From NCBI GenBank assembly GCA_963666285.1, contig OY762711.1: a DNA stretch of 64,000 nt. The stretch is one strand, 5' to 3'. Below the pieces are notes generated by a model. It was not told the origin of the DNA. It searched no databases and saw only the letters and a program-made list of their open reading frames with translations. Shown here in pieces: positions 41,445 to 50,317 of this stretch; position 1 is the first letter of the stretch, and each line of letters begins with the position of its first letter. Origin of the DNA: Sedimentisphaerales bacterium (GTDB lineage Bacteria > Planctomycetota > Phycisphaerae > Sedimentisphaerales > SM23-30). The position numbers and the translations under genes are program-made.

Positions 41445-43508
41445 CTATTCGGCAGGAACAAATATCCTCGGATTTGCCAGCAAAGTTTCAGCGGCAAAAG
41501 CCATCATCGCCAGTATCAGCAAAGGCACAAAAAGGTCAAATCTTGCAGTACGCAAAAATGCCAGTTTGCTATAGTCGGTGTACTGGTCAATAGTAGCTAT
41601 ACTATGAGCTATCCCGCCAAAAAGTTCGATACTGGTAGTACCATCAGGCATATAATCAAATCGCCCTTCATCGCTATCAGAACTAAATGCCACGGCATAA
41701 CGTCCTTTATCACAATCAATTAGCAATACCGCAGGCCTAACCGGCGAGACAAAACCCAGATAGTCGCCTGTATAGTCAACAGTATCACCGGCGATAGATA
41801 ACGCATGGATATTACCGGCAAAGATATTCACCGGCAGTTCCTGACCGGCCGCCAGGTGGATCACATGTTTGTCCAACGCATCTAAGTTACTGCTGTCATC
41901 AGGTTTAACAACAACCATATTCTGTGCCATAACCACACTCAGCGGCTGCTTGGGCAGGCTGCTCCAGCGGGTGTCAAAAGCCATCCCCAGCACATAAACA
42001 TTGCCTTTGCCGACCTTCCGGCGTGACATGACAATATCCTTATATCCTGCTCCTAAAAGGGTTTCTGTTCCGCTGGTAAGCTTGAGCTTATAGCCCTGCC
42101 AGATGGTCATATCCTCAACGTTTATCTGCCTGGAACCAAAGACTTTATACCAGAACTCACTCTTACGGTCCATCACTTCCAGCCGCCTGCCCTGGCTCTC
42201 GGCAAACCGCTGCTGAACTTCTGCACCCATAAAATCAGGCAGTACTACTTCACTGCCACGCTCGCTGACTGCCGGAACTGCAACCAGGTTGCCGCCATCG
42301 TTTACATAGCTTTCAAGCCAGCCGGGGTTAGTCTTGTCCAATGCTGTAACCGACTGCCAGGTAAGTACTAACATCTCAGGCTTTGACTCATTTACATACT
42401 CATAAACCCTGCCGACCGCACGGAAGGTTGTACCAATTCCGGTAAAAGATGCATCACCAAGCGGCGAAACTGCCAGTGGTAATAAACCATACTCATTCGG
42501 CGAACCGGCAAAAACTACGTTCGCCGGTGACCCGCAGCTTACTACTGCCATGCCGTAACCATCGGCATTAAAGCTGTCACCCTCAATGTGGGCCGACCAT
42601 GACCGAAACCCGCTTTCACCCGGCGGCAGCTGCATCGTTACCATCCGGCTCGACCCCTGCTGCATATCGACATCCCGACTCTCAACTGAGCCGGTACCAT
42701 CATCTAATACCAGGGTAACATTTCCGTCATAATCGCTTGTATTTTCCAGGTTTATGTTCACTGTCGCCGGGTGGCCGGGCAGTATCATCTCCGGCGGATA
42801 GCTAATTGACCGGATAGCAACATTTGCCCCGTTCTGGTCCTGCGGCATGATCTTGTGCACCTGTATCGATACATCTTTGGCACCACCGATAGTCCCGGCA
42901 TATTCAAACTGATGACGCTGCAGGTCGGTAAAAATATGAATTGTACCGCCGGTCTCCAGTAGATCAATAGATTCCCTAACTGCTTTTAACAAATCACCTT
43001 GTGAATATGTTGGCAATACCTGGTCTATAGCTTCCAGGATAAGATTGCGGTCTGTCACTATGGTATCGGGCAGCTTAGAAATTGATGGATCAACAACAAC
43101 AGTCCGCAGCCCAAAGCTCCCTTTGTCTATTGTTCCCAGCAGTTTACCGGCAGCATCCTTAGCCATATCCAGGCAGGTGATATGCCCACCCTGCTCAATT
43201 CGCAGCATAGAGGCAGAGTTATCAATAACCACGACCATCGAAGTAACACCACTTTTGGAAGTACCGCCAAGATTGAATGACGGTCGGCTGAGAGCAAGCA
43301 GCAGAAAGGCCAATACCAACATACGCATAAGTAAGACCAGTAACTGTCGTAACTTATGACGTGCGGTCATCTTGGGATCGGTCTTGTGAAAGAACATAAG
43401 AGTCGGAAACTGGACGTACCTTTTCTTTTGCTTGAGCAAAAAATGGAATACAATCGGCAGCCCGGCCAGCGGCAGCAGCATAAGAAAGAAACCCGATGAA
43501 AATATCAT
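41445..43508 (-). CDS. BatA N-terminal domain plus vWA domain membrane protein
   Basis: LPIVFHFL.......FPTL.F, LLMR.L....L.LAL.RP, VVIDNSASM (MIDAS), IFTDLQ; C-terminal TM. Confidence 0.88.
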   Translation of the reverse strand: MIFSSGFFLMLLPLAGLPIVFHFLLKQKKRYVQFPTLMFFHKTDPKMTARHKLRQLLVLLMRMLVLAFLLLALSRPSFNLGGTSKSGVTSMVVVIDNSASMLRIEQGGHITCLDMAKDAAGKLLGTIDKGSFGLRTVVVDPSISKLPDTIVTDRNLILEAIDQVLPTYSQGDLLKAVRESIDLLETGGTIHIFTDLQRHQFEYAGTIGGAKDVSIQVHKIMPQDQNGANVAIRSISYPPEMILPGHPATVNINLENTSDYDGNVTLVLDDGTGSVESRDVDMQQGSSRMVTMQLPPGESGFRSWSAHIEGDSFNADGYGMAVVSCGSPANVVFAGSPNEYGLLPLAVSPLGDASFTGIGTTFRAVGRVYEYVNESKPEMLVLTWQSVTALDKTNPGWLESYVNDGGNLVAVPAVSERGSEVVLPDFMGAEVQQRFAESQGRRLEVMDRKSEFWYKVFGSRQINVEDMTIWQGYKLKLTSGTETLLGAGYKDIVMSRRKVGKGNVYVLGMAFDTRWSSLPKQPLSVVMAQNMVVVKPDDSSNLDALDKHVIHLAAGQELPVNIFAGNIHALSIAGDTVDYTGDYLGFVSPVRPAVLLIDCDKGRYAVAFSSDSDEGRFDYMPDGTTSIELFGGIAHSIATIDQYTDYSKLAFLRTARFDLFVPLLILAMMAFAAETLLANPRIFVPAE

Positions 43509-44419
43509 ACTGCCCTGCTCCTTTCGAGCAGCACATCATATATCTCACGACTGGTTTCAGCCAGAACATACTGGCCGCGAATATTCATAACCCCTTGCCG
43601 AAGCTCGTTTAAGTAGCTGTGCACCTGGTCCTGATAGCTTTCCTTGATCTGGTCGAGATCTACCAGTACCTTACCACCTGTCTCCATACATTCGATATCG
43701 GCCATGGATACGCCATCAGAAAACGCATCGGAAGGCAGCCGCAGTTCGGCCGGGTCGAGTACATGATAGATACTAAGCTCTTTGCCCTCATGGTAGAGGT
43801 GTCTCATGCCGGTGAGGATACTGTTCGGCTCTTCGAGCAGGTCGGAGATAACAACTATAAGTGCTTTACCTTTAACCAGTTCCGCGGTTTTATGCAGTAC
43901 CGATTCCAGGTCACTTTTGCCGCCGGGCTGAACGGCATCGAGATTCTGTAGAATCGGTTTAAGCCCCATATAGTTTGATGCCGGGCCGACATGATCGATA
44001 ATCTTGTTATCAAAAGTAATAAGTGAAACGGAATCGCCCTGCCGAGTCATGGCATATGCCATGCCGGCGGCGAGATAGCAGCTGTACTCAAGTTTGGTAA
44101 GCCCGCCTATGCCGCTGTTATGGTAGGCCATACTATTGGAAGTATCGAGCAGGATATGACATCTGATACTAACATCCTCGTGATACTGGCGGATAACGTA
44201 CCGGTCGCTTCGAGCGTAAACCGGCCAGTCAATACGACTTACGGGATCACCGGGAATGTATTCGCGATACTCGGCAAACTCAACCGACGAGCCGAAAGCG
44301 TTGGAATGGTGCAGACCCTGATAGTGGCCGTCCATCGGCCGCCTTACGGTATACTCCAGGGCATGAAGCCGTTCGGCCATAGTCGCGGGCAGATATTTGT
44401 AGCTGTTTTCTGATGCCAT
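43505..44419 (-). CDS. DUF58 domain protein (MoxR-associated vWA-like)
   Basis: G.H.S..FG.SVEFAEYREY.PGD...IDW.VYAR, LLD.S.SM, VISDL; start at ATG 44419; overlaps the next start (ATGA). Confidence 0.92.
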   Translation of the reverse strand: MASENSYKYLPATMAERLHALEYTVRRPMDGHYQGLHHSNAFGSSVEFAEYREYIPGDPVSRIDWPVYARSDRYVIRQYHEDVSIRCHILLDTSNSMAYHNSGIGGLTKLEYSCYLAAGMAYAMTRQGDSVSLITFDNKIIDHVGPASNYMGLKPILQNLDAVQPGGKSDLESVLHKTAELVKGKALIVVISDLLEEPNSILTGMRHLYHEGKELSIYHVLDPAELRLPSDAFSDGVSMADIECMETGGKVLVDLDQIKESYQDQVHSYLNELRQGVMNIRGQYVLAETSREIYDVLLERSRAV

Positions 44420-44429
44420 ATAGTTTCCT

Positions 44430-44458
44430 ATTTTAGCTTTACGATTGCCAAGTATCAA
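44430..44458 (-). promoter_or_regulatory. Predicted sigma70 promoter for DUF58-BatA
   Basis: TTGATA-17 nt-TAAAAT, 10 nt upstream of ATG 44419. Confidence 0.45.
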
Positions 44459-45137
44459 TGACTAATAAAGTGAATCGAAGGTGTGATGTTCGGTATGTTG
44501 GTTTGTAATATGTTTTATCGGTACGAACGGTCACAGATCGAAACGGAGTAGCCGCGACGGCCTGCGGAATATTCGCGGGCGGATAACGGAGCATAAACGG
44601 CGGGCCGCGGCGCTAGCGCGGCGGGAAGAAGAGCTGAAACCGGCTGAGTCGGCCAGTGGCGTTTAACGGAGACCGGGCGGCGGGCCACGGCGGCTTACGG
44701 CGGGCCAGCGGATTGGCGCGGCGGTGAGAAGAGCTCTTGTGGTATCACGGAATACAAACGGAGAGTATGCGGCGGTAGTGCGGCAGGCCAACGGCGGTAG
44801 TGCGGCGGGCTGCGGAGCTATAACGGCGGAAATTTACATTGAGGCTTTCGGCCTGTTTTTGGGTGTTGGGCAGACCAGATGCCGCGAAGCGGCTTTTAAA
44901 GTGTAAAGGGTAAAATAAAAAGTGTAAAGGAGGTGTTCGCCTGGCGGCTCACAACTTATTTTAAAGCTTTCGCATATTTAAATTCAGAATTATGAAAAAG
45001 ATTGTCAACCACGAAAATACAATGAAAGCCAGAATATTCCTGTAGCATGGCTTGTGTTATAATACACAATAATTTTAGCACGAGCTGTCACAGGGACGCT
45101 CAAATATTTAACCAATTTTATACGGAGTATTCTGGCT

Positions 45138-46184
45138 ATGAAGACTATTATGTCAATTGATTTAGGAAAATTCAAGAGTGTAGTTTGTTTTTATGAGGTA
45201 AAAAGCTGTAAGGCTATATATAAGTCGTTTAAGACTAACCCTCAAGAGCTTCATGACCTGGCAGTATCTCACCCTGCTGATCTTATTGTATTTGAGGCTT
45301 GTGATATCATAGGCTGGATTTGTGACCTTTTTGACACCCTGGAATTAAAATATGAAGTGGCAAATACTAATACCGGCGAATGGTCTGGCAGAAAATTGAA
45401 GAAGAAAACAGATAAAAAGGATGCATTTTGGCTGGCCAAGCGTGCTGCTTTAGGAGATTTATCAACTGTCTATGTTCCTAAAAAGGAAATTCGAGAGAAA
45501 CGATCTTTAATTAATTATCGCCAGAGCCTTACAGAACGGATAACTCAGGTAAAAAATACTATTCGTTCTTTATTAAATGCCCAGGCGTATTCGTTGCCGT
45601 CAGGCAGAAAGTGCTGGTCTAAGCAGAATCTGGAACAGTTAAGAAGTATGGCTATGCCAATGGATAAAGTTAAACCAGATGAGCTCTGGAAAGGCAATCT
45701 ATGGAGCGAGCTTATATTACTGGAACAATTAACAGACGCTTTGCAAGTAGTTGAAGATAAACTGGAAGAGTTAAATAGTACTGATGAAAAGGTAAAACTA
45801 TTACAGACTGTTCCCGGAGTTGGCCCACGTCTGGCAGAGGCAGTTGCAGCTTATATTGATGATCCACATAGATTTAAGAATTGCAAACAAGTTGGCAGCT
45901 ATATTGGTATGACACCGCGTCAGTACCAATCAGGTAATACAGACCGTCATGGGCGGATAAGTAAATATGGCAATAGGTTATTGCGAGCATTACTTGTTGA
46001 GGTTTGCTGGCTGGGTTTGCGTTGGAATCCATGGATAAAAGAAACATACGAAAGAATAAAGAGGGGAAGTAAAACTCGTGCAAAAATAGCGATAGTAGCT
46101 ACAGCCCGACGGTTGTTCGTACGATTGTGGGCGATGATGCGAGATGGGACAAGTTGGCAGATGCCTGAATTGCAAAGTGTTTGA
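45138..46184 (+). CDS. IS110 family DEDD recombinase/transposase
   Basis: IDLGK, FEAC, KTDKKDA, TVPGVG, GMTPRQYQSG, GRISK.GN..LR. Confidence 0.95.
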   Translation: MKTIMSIDLGKFKSVVCFYEVKSCKAIYKSFKTNPQELHDLAVSHPADLIVFEACDIIGWICDLFDTLELKYEVANTNTGEWSGRKLKKKTDKKDAFWLAKRAALGDLSTVYVPKKEIREKRSLINYRQSLTERITQVKNTIRSLLNAQAYSLPSGRKCWSKQNLEQLRSMAMPMDKVKPDELWKGNLWSELILLEQLTDALQVVEDKLEELNSTDEKVKLLQTVPGVGPRLAEAVAAYIDDPHRFKNCKQVGSYIGMTPRQYQSGNTDRHGRISKYGNRLLRALLVEVCWLGLRWNPWIKETYERIKRGSKTRAKIAIVATARRLFVRLWAMMRDGTSWQMPELQSV

Positions 46185-46199
46185 TACCAATATAAGTAA

Positions 46200-46560
46200 A
46201 ATATAAATATTACCTATGATTTTGCCCGATTGAAATCGATACGGAACCTTGGTCGTGCATTTGGGTTTTGAACCTGACACGAAAATTAAGCCGTATCGCA
46301 ATATATATAATGGAACCATGGCGTAAAATACAGCCTCGGACACTCCGGATAGAAAGATGAAACAATCAGGTAAATAATGATTCGCTACGCGAAAATTGTT
46401 TTAAATAGGTTTATCGCATAAGGTCAAAAAGCAAAAAACGAGGCGGTGTAAAACCGCCCCGGCTTCTTGACAACTTGCAACGCTCGGGTTGCTCCTCAGC
46501 AGAGCCCTATCCTTTGCAAGATAAAGGAATTATAGCAAAAATGAATAAAATTAGAAAATT
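46200..46560 (+). ncRNA. Predicted bridge/seek RNA region of the IS1111 element (ends unknown)
   Basis: Stem cgatacgg/ccgtatcg (46237-46298) encloses two guide-like segments matching the insertion site, separated by a small hairpin. Confidence 0.7.
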
Positions 46561-46777
46561 AATGTTGCATTCTGGCTTCATAGAAAATTCACGAAAGAAC
46601 ACGAAAAAAACACTGTTGCTCGCAGAGGCCGCAGAGCTCGCAAAGAATATTATTTGGCCATGAATGGAAAACTTTAAATTAAGAATTCAAAATTAAGAAT
46701 TAAGAAGAACTTGTCTGGTCCTGTGATAAGTTGTCACATTATAGATTTAATGTTTTAACAAATAACAGGAGACAACA

Positions 46778-47197
46778 ATGTTGGTAAGTAAACGAACTTA
46801 TAATCGCTACAGCGAAGCCTTTAAATTACAGGTGGTAAATGATCTTGAATCTGGTAAGCTAAGCAGTATTTATGAGGCTAATTCCCGCTATGGGATTTCT
46901 GGTACAACAACAGTAAAGAGTTGGCTAAGAAAATATGGCCGTAACCATTTGATACCAAAGGTGATACGCGTGGAAAAACTAGATGAACAAGATCATGTAA
47001 AGAAGTTAGAATCAGAGATTAAGCAGCTTAAAGAAGCGTTAGCAGACAGCCATATAGAGAATATTGTAAGTGAAGCCAGGTTTCAGGTTATTTGTAAAGA
47101 ATACGGGCTGGATCCCGAGGAGTATAAAAAAAAAGTCGATACCAAACGGTTCAACAAGCGTCCGAGGCAACCGTTGAAAAGAAAGAGGAAAAAATAG
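46778..47197 (+). CDS. IS3 OrfA (HTH)
   Basis: RYSEAFKLQVV...YGI...TV..W.RKYG; A9G slippery run at 47126-47135. Confidence 0.9.
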   Translation: MLVSKRTYNRYSEAFKLQVVNDLESGKLSSIYEANSRYGISGTTTVKSWLRKYGRNHLIPKVIRVEKLDEQDHVKKLESEIKQLKEALADSHIENIVSEARFQVICKEYGLDPEEYKKKVDTKRFNKRPRQPLKRKRKK

Positions 47198-47226
47198 CGA
47201 TAACTTCCTTATGCAAAGCTGTTGGC

Positions 47227-48012
47227 ATGAGTCGTCAGAATTATTATAAATCACATAAAGTTCGGCGCAGGCGGCACTATGAAAAAGACCTGATAATATC
47301 TTTGGCCAGGCTGGAAAGATCATTGCAGCCTGAGATGGGTTGCAGAAAGGTTTTGAAGCGTATAAAGCCCAAACTGGCAAAAGCCGGTATTAGTATAGGG
47401 CGAGATAGATTTTATGAAACGATGTCAGAAGCAGATATGTTGATAGAGCGTAAAAAGCGAAGTGTGACAACGACAGACAGTCGTCATAACTTTAAGACTT
47501 ATAAGAATATACTGAAAGATGAAGAGCTTACAGGAGCCAATCAGGCCCTGGTAAGTGATATAACGTACATATATACAGATGAAGGATTTATGTATCTGTC
47601 GTTGATAATGGATGCATTTAGTCGCAAGATAGTTGGCTATGACTGTAGTGATAGTTTGGAAGCAGAAGGTTGTTTGCGTGCATTAACAAAGGCGATAAAG
47701 CAATTGCCCAAAGGTAGTAATACGATACATCATTCAGATCGTGGCAGTCAGTATTGCTGCCATAGATATATAGATAAGCTTAAAAGAAATGGGCTGCGAG
47801 TTAGTATGACCGAAGATAATCATTGTTATGAGAATGCCCAGGCCGAGAGGTTAAACGGTATATTGAAGCACGAGTATGGATTGAAGAATACGTTTAAGAA
47901 AAAAGCTCATGTTCATGCTGCGGTTAAACAGGCGATAGAACTGTATAATACCTGTCGTCCACATTTTGCTTTGGGATATCGTGTGCCTGAGGAAGTGCAT
48001 ATGGCGGCGTGA
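47227..48012 (+). CDS. IS3 OrfB (DDE integrase core), probably expressed as OrfAB by -1 frameshift
   Basis: SDITYI, HHSDRGSQY, ENAQAERLNGILK.EY; the -1 frame is open from the A9G run. Confidence 0.92.
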   Translation: MSRQNYYKSHKVRRRRHYEKDLIISLARLERSLQPEMGCRKVLKRIKPKLAKAGISIGRDRFYETMSEADMLIERKKRSVTTTDSRHNFKTYKNILKDEELTGANQALVSDITYIYTDEGFMYLSLIMDAFSRKIVGYDCSDSLEAEGCLRALTKAIKQLPKGSNTIHHSDRGSQYCCHRYIDKLKRNGLRVSMTEDNHCYENAQAERLNGILKHEYGLKNTFKKKAHVHAAVKQAIELYNTCRPHFALGYRVPEEVHMAA

Positions 48013-48350
48013 TATATTCCTCCGTTCCGGTCGCCCTTCGGGCTCCCTGCACTACGGAATATATCATCAAAAAACAATAGTAAATAGAAACGGAAAGTGA
48101 CAACTTTAAATCAGGACTTGACACTGAAAAATACAAGACTGCGATAAGTGCCAATAATTATAAGGTGGCTCGTTTCAGCCTTCGCTAAAGCTATGGTTCA
48201 ACAAGACCGCACGTGATTAATAATTTTGAACCACTGATGCACGCGGATGGACACCGATAAGAAAATGTTTAGAGATAACTAACAAATTAAATGCAGTTGA
48301 ACTTCAAACATAGAACAAAAATAATAGTAGTATTAGAGAATGCTGCTTTT

Positions 48351-49912
48351 GGGAGTGTTCATTTGACTGTGTAAATGGTACTATTGGTATAGGCAGAATA
48401 CACTTCTGTCTTGAAATTTACACATTTCTATATTAACTTGTATATTATCGTTCTGAAGGATAGGGCTCTGCTGAAGAGCAACCTGAGCGTCAGAATGATG
48501 CCGAGACAAAAGGCTCTGGAAGAACAAACATTTTCCACGAGCCTTTTATTTTGTTTTGGCTGATAAGCGAAAAACTTATAAAAACAGCTCCGCCAAAGGC
48601 GGCACCTCTTTTATCTTTCAGGCATTCGATCGCCGAACTTGATAGCGAACTGGTTTATCGCCTGATTCCAGCATCTAATTGGCATTGTCCACTTTTTAGA
48701 TATGTTTTCAAGAGCCAAATAGAATATCTTTAAGATCGATGCTTCGCTAGGGAATGCACCTTTAGTTTTGATAACTTTTCTCAGAGAACGATTCAGAGAT
48801 TCAATTGCATTGGTGGTATAAATCGCTTTACGGATTTCTGGCGGATAATCAAAAAACGGTATGATGTTTTGCCAGTTATTACGCCAGCTTTGGCTAACCA
48901 TAGGGTACTTATCATCCCATTTTTGAGCAAATTCGTCCAGAGCCATTTCAGCTTCCTGCTCAGTGGCTGCGGTATAGATTAGCTTTAAATCAGCACATAG
49001 CTGTTTGCGATCTTTCCAGTTAACAAACCGCACTGAATTACGAACCATATGTACAATACATAACTGTACCTGGGTTTTAGGGAAAACGGCTTCTATAGCT
49101 TCTGGAAAGCCTTTTAAGCCATCTATGCAAGTGATGAATATATCTTTAACACCTCGATTTTGAAGCTCTGTAATGATATTAAGCCAGAATTTTGCTCCTT
49201 CAGTTTTAGCTATCCAGATACCCAATAATTCCTTCATGCCATCCATATTTACACCGAGAGCAAGATAAACTGACAAATTGGATACTTTGCCGTCCTGGCG
49301 ACATTTAACAACAATACAGTCAAGGAATACTATTGGATAAACTTCATCCAAAACTCGATTTTGCCAGGATTTAACTTCCTGCATTATACTCTCGGTTGCC
49401 TGGCTGATAAGACCTTCAGAGACATCAACGTGATACATATCCAGAAGACATGCCTGAATATCACGGACACTCATACCACGACCATACATGGCTATGATCT
49501 TATCATTAAAACCTTCAAAATACTTCTCGCCCTTGGGGATAAGCTTAGGTTCAAAGGTGCTGTTGCGGTCACGGGGAGGATTAAGTTCAACTTCGTCAGA
49601 ATCGATTACAACAGACTTTTTACCATTGCCATTACGACTATTGCCACTGTTATTGCCCTTAGGGTCATGCTTGCTGTAGCCCAGATGGTCGCTCATCTCT
49701 GCTTCTAAAGCTCGTTCAACTATTCGTTTTTTGAGCTCAGAAAATAAACCTGATTCTCCCCAAAACTCCTCCGGAGTATTGTAACCTCCTAGAAGCTCAT
49801 CAATTAACTCATCTTTACGTTTGTCTTGTGCCGATCGTTTAGCCATAGTTCTTTACCTCACATTATAGGTTAACAAATCTATGACCATTTACACAGTTTA
49901 ATTTACACCCTC
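48351..49912 (-). mobile_element. IS256 family element, 8-bp TSD CTGCTTTT
   Basis: TIRs GGGAGTGTTCATTTGACTGTGTAAATGGT and ACCATTTACACAGTTTAATTTACACCCTC; TSD at 48343-48350 and 49913-49920. Confidence 0.95.
48611..49846 (-). CDS. IS256 (mutator-type) transposase
   Basis: PRDR..TFEP, VFLDC, IDGLKGF, CIVH, YTTNAIESLN. Confidence 0.95.
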   Translation of the reverse strand: MAKRSAQDKRKDELIDELLGGYNTPEEFWGESGLFSELKKRIVERALEAEMSDHLGYSKHDPKGNNSGNSRNGNGKKSVVIDSDEVELNPPRDRNSTFEPKLIPKGEKYFEGFNDKIIAMYGRGMSVRDIQACLLDMYHVDVSEGLISQATESIMQEVKSWQNRVLDEVYPIVFLDCIVVKCRQDGKVSNLSVYLALGVNMDGMKELLGIWIAKTEGAKFWLNIITELQNRGVKDIFITCIDGLKGFPEAIEAVFPKTQVQLCIVHMVRNSVRFVNWKDRKQLCADLKLIYTAATEQEAEMALDEFAQKWDDKYPMVSQSWRNNWQNIIPFFDYPPEIRKAIYTTNAIESLNRSLRKVIKTKGAFPSEASILKIFYLALENISKKWTMPIRCWNQAINQFAIKFGDRMPER

Positions 49913-50317
49913 CTGCTTTTCACTTATAAATATCTTCATTATCCTAAAATCCCTTAATAATAGATTTCCATTTTAAAATACATAGTTGTTCCAGATTCAG
50001 TTTAGTCAGAATTTACAAAATATCTCCCTGAAATTCATTCCAAGATCTATTAACCAGACAATCAGACAACCAGACAACCTGTCAATAACATTTTCCCAGC
50101 CTTAACTGCCAAATATCTCCTTTTCAAATCTATTCATTAAATTACTCCCCAACATTTTCACATATCCACTATTCATCCAATTCATCATACCACACCTCCA
50201 GCAATACCTGTAGCATATCCAACACCTCAATCAGCTTCTCATCTATAATCCAAATCAGGCATACAGCCCCAAAAATGGAAGGCAAGATATAACATGAATA
50301 ATAAGCCTTCAAAAACC

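Larger units (their letters stand above)
45015..46584 (+). mobile_element. IS110 family, IS1111-type element
   Basis: Subterminal IRs ATGAAAGCCAGAAT (45022-45035) and ATTCTGGCTTCAT (46569-46581), 7 and 3 nt from the ends; excision restores ccacgaaaattcacg as in the empty paralogous copy; long 3' non-coding region. Confidence 0.92.
46712..48123 (+). mobile_element. IS3 family element
   Basis: TG...CA ends; imperfect TIRs TGTCTGGTCCTGTGATAAGTTGTCAC and GTGACAACTTTAAATCAGGACTTGACA; orfA/orfB layout. Confidence 0.92.
44492..48175 (+). repeat. Large non-coding element, right (inverted) copy, interrupted by IS1111 and IS3
   Basis: Segments 44492-45014, 46585-46711 and 48124-48175 rejoin into the inverse of 40628-41381 and 38082-38270. 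Confidence 0.92.

Noticed and set aside
44522..44700. Decayed Rhs/YD-repeat coding sequence (AAGRRAET-like reading)
   Set aside because: The similarity is only a few residues with stops in every frame, and a 10-11-bp period does not fit codon structure. Not fully excluded without tBLASTn.
44521..44880. Diversity-generating retroelement template repeat (several AAC triplets, a GFRPV-like reading near 44843)
   Set aside because: No reverse transcriptase or avd gene in the window. The AACs are not in one frame, and differences between copies are not adenine-specific. No matching variable region was found in any gene, including the FGE-domain gene at 14066-14956.
40962..44906. Short ORFs within the arrays (40962-41150, 41083-41427, 41208-41420, 44724-44906)
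   Set aside because: No RBS or recognisable domain; they recur only because the DNA is repeated
40628..48175. CRISPR or TIGR-like array
   Set aside because: No constant repeat with unique spacers of suitable length and no cas or tas gene; the period is ~10.5 bp with a 4-6 nt motif
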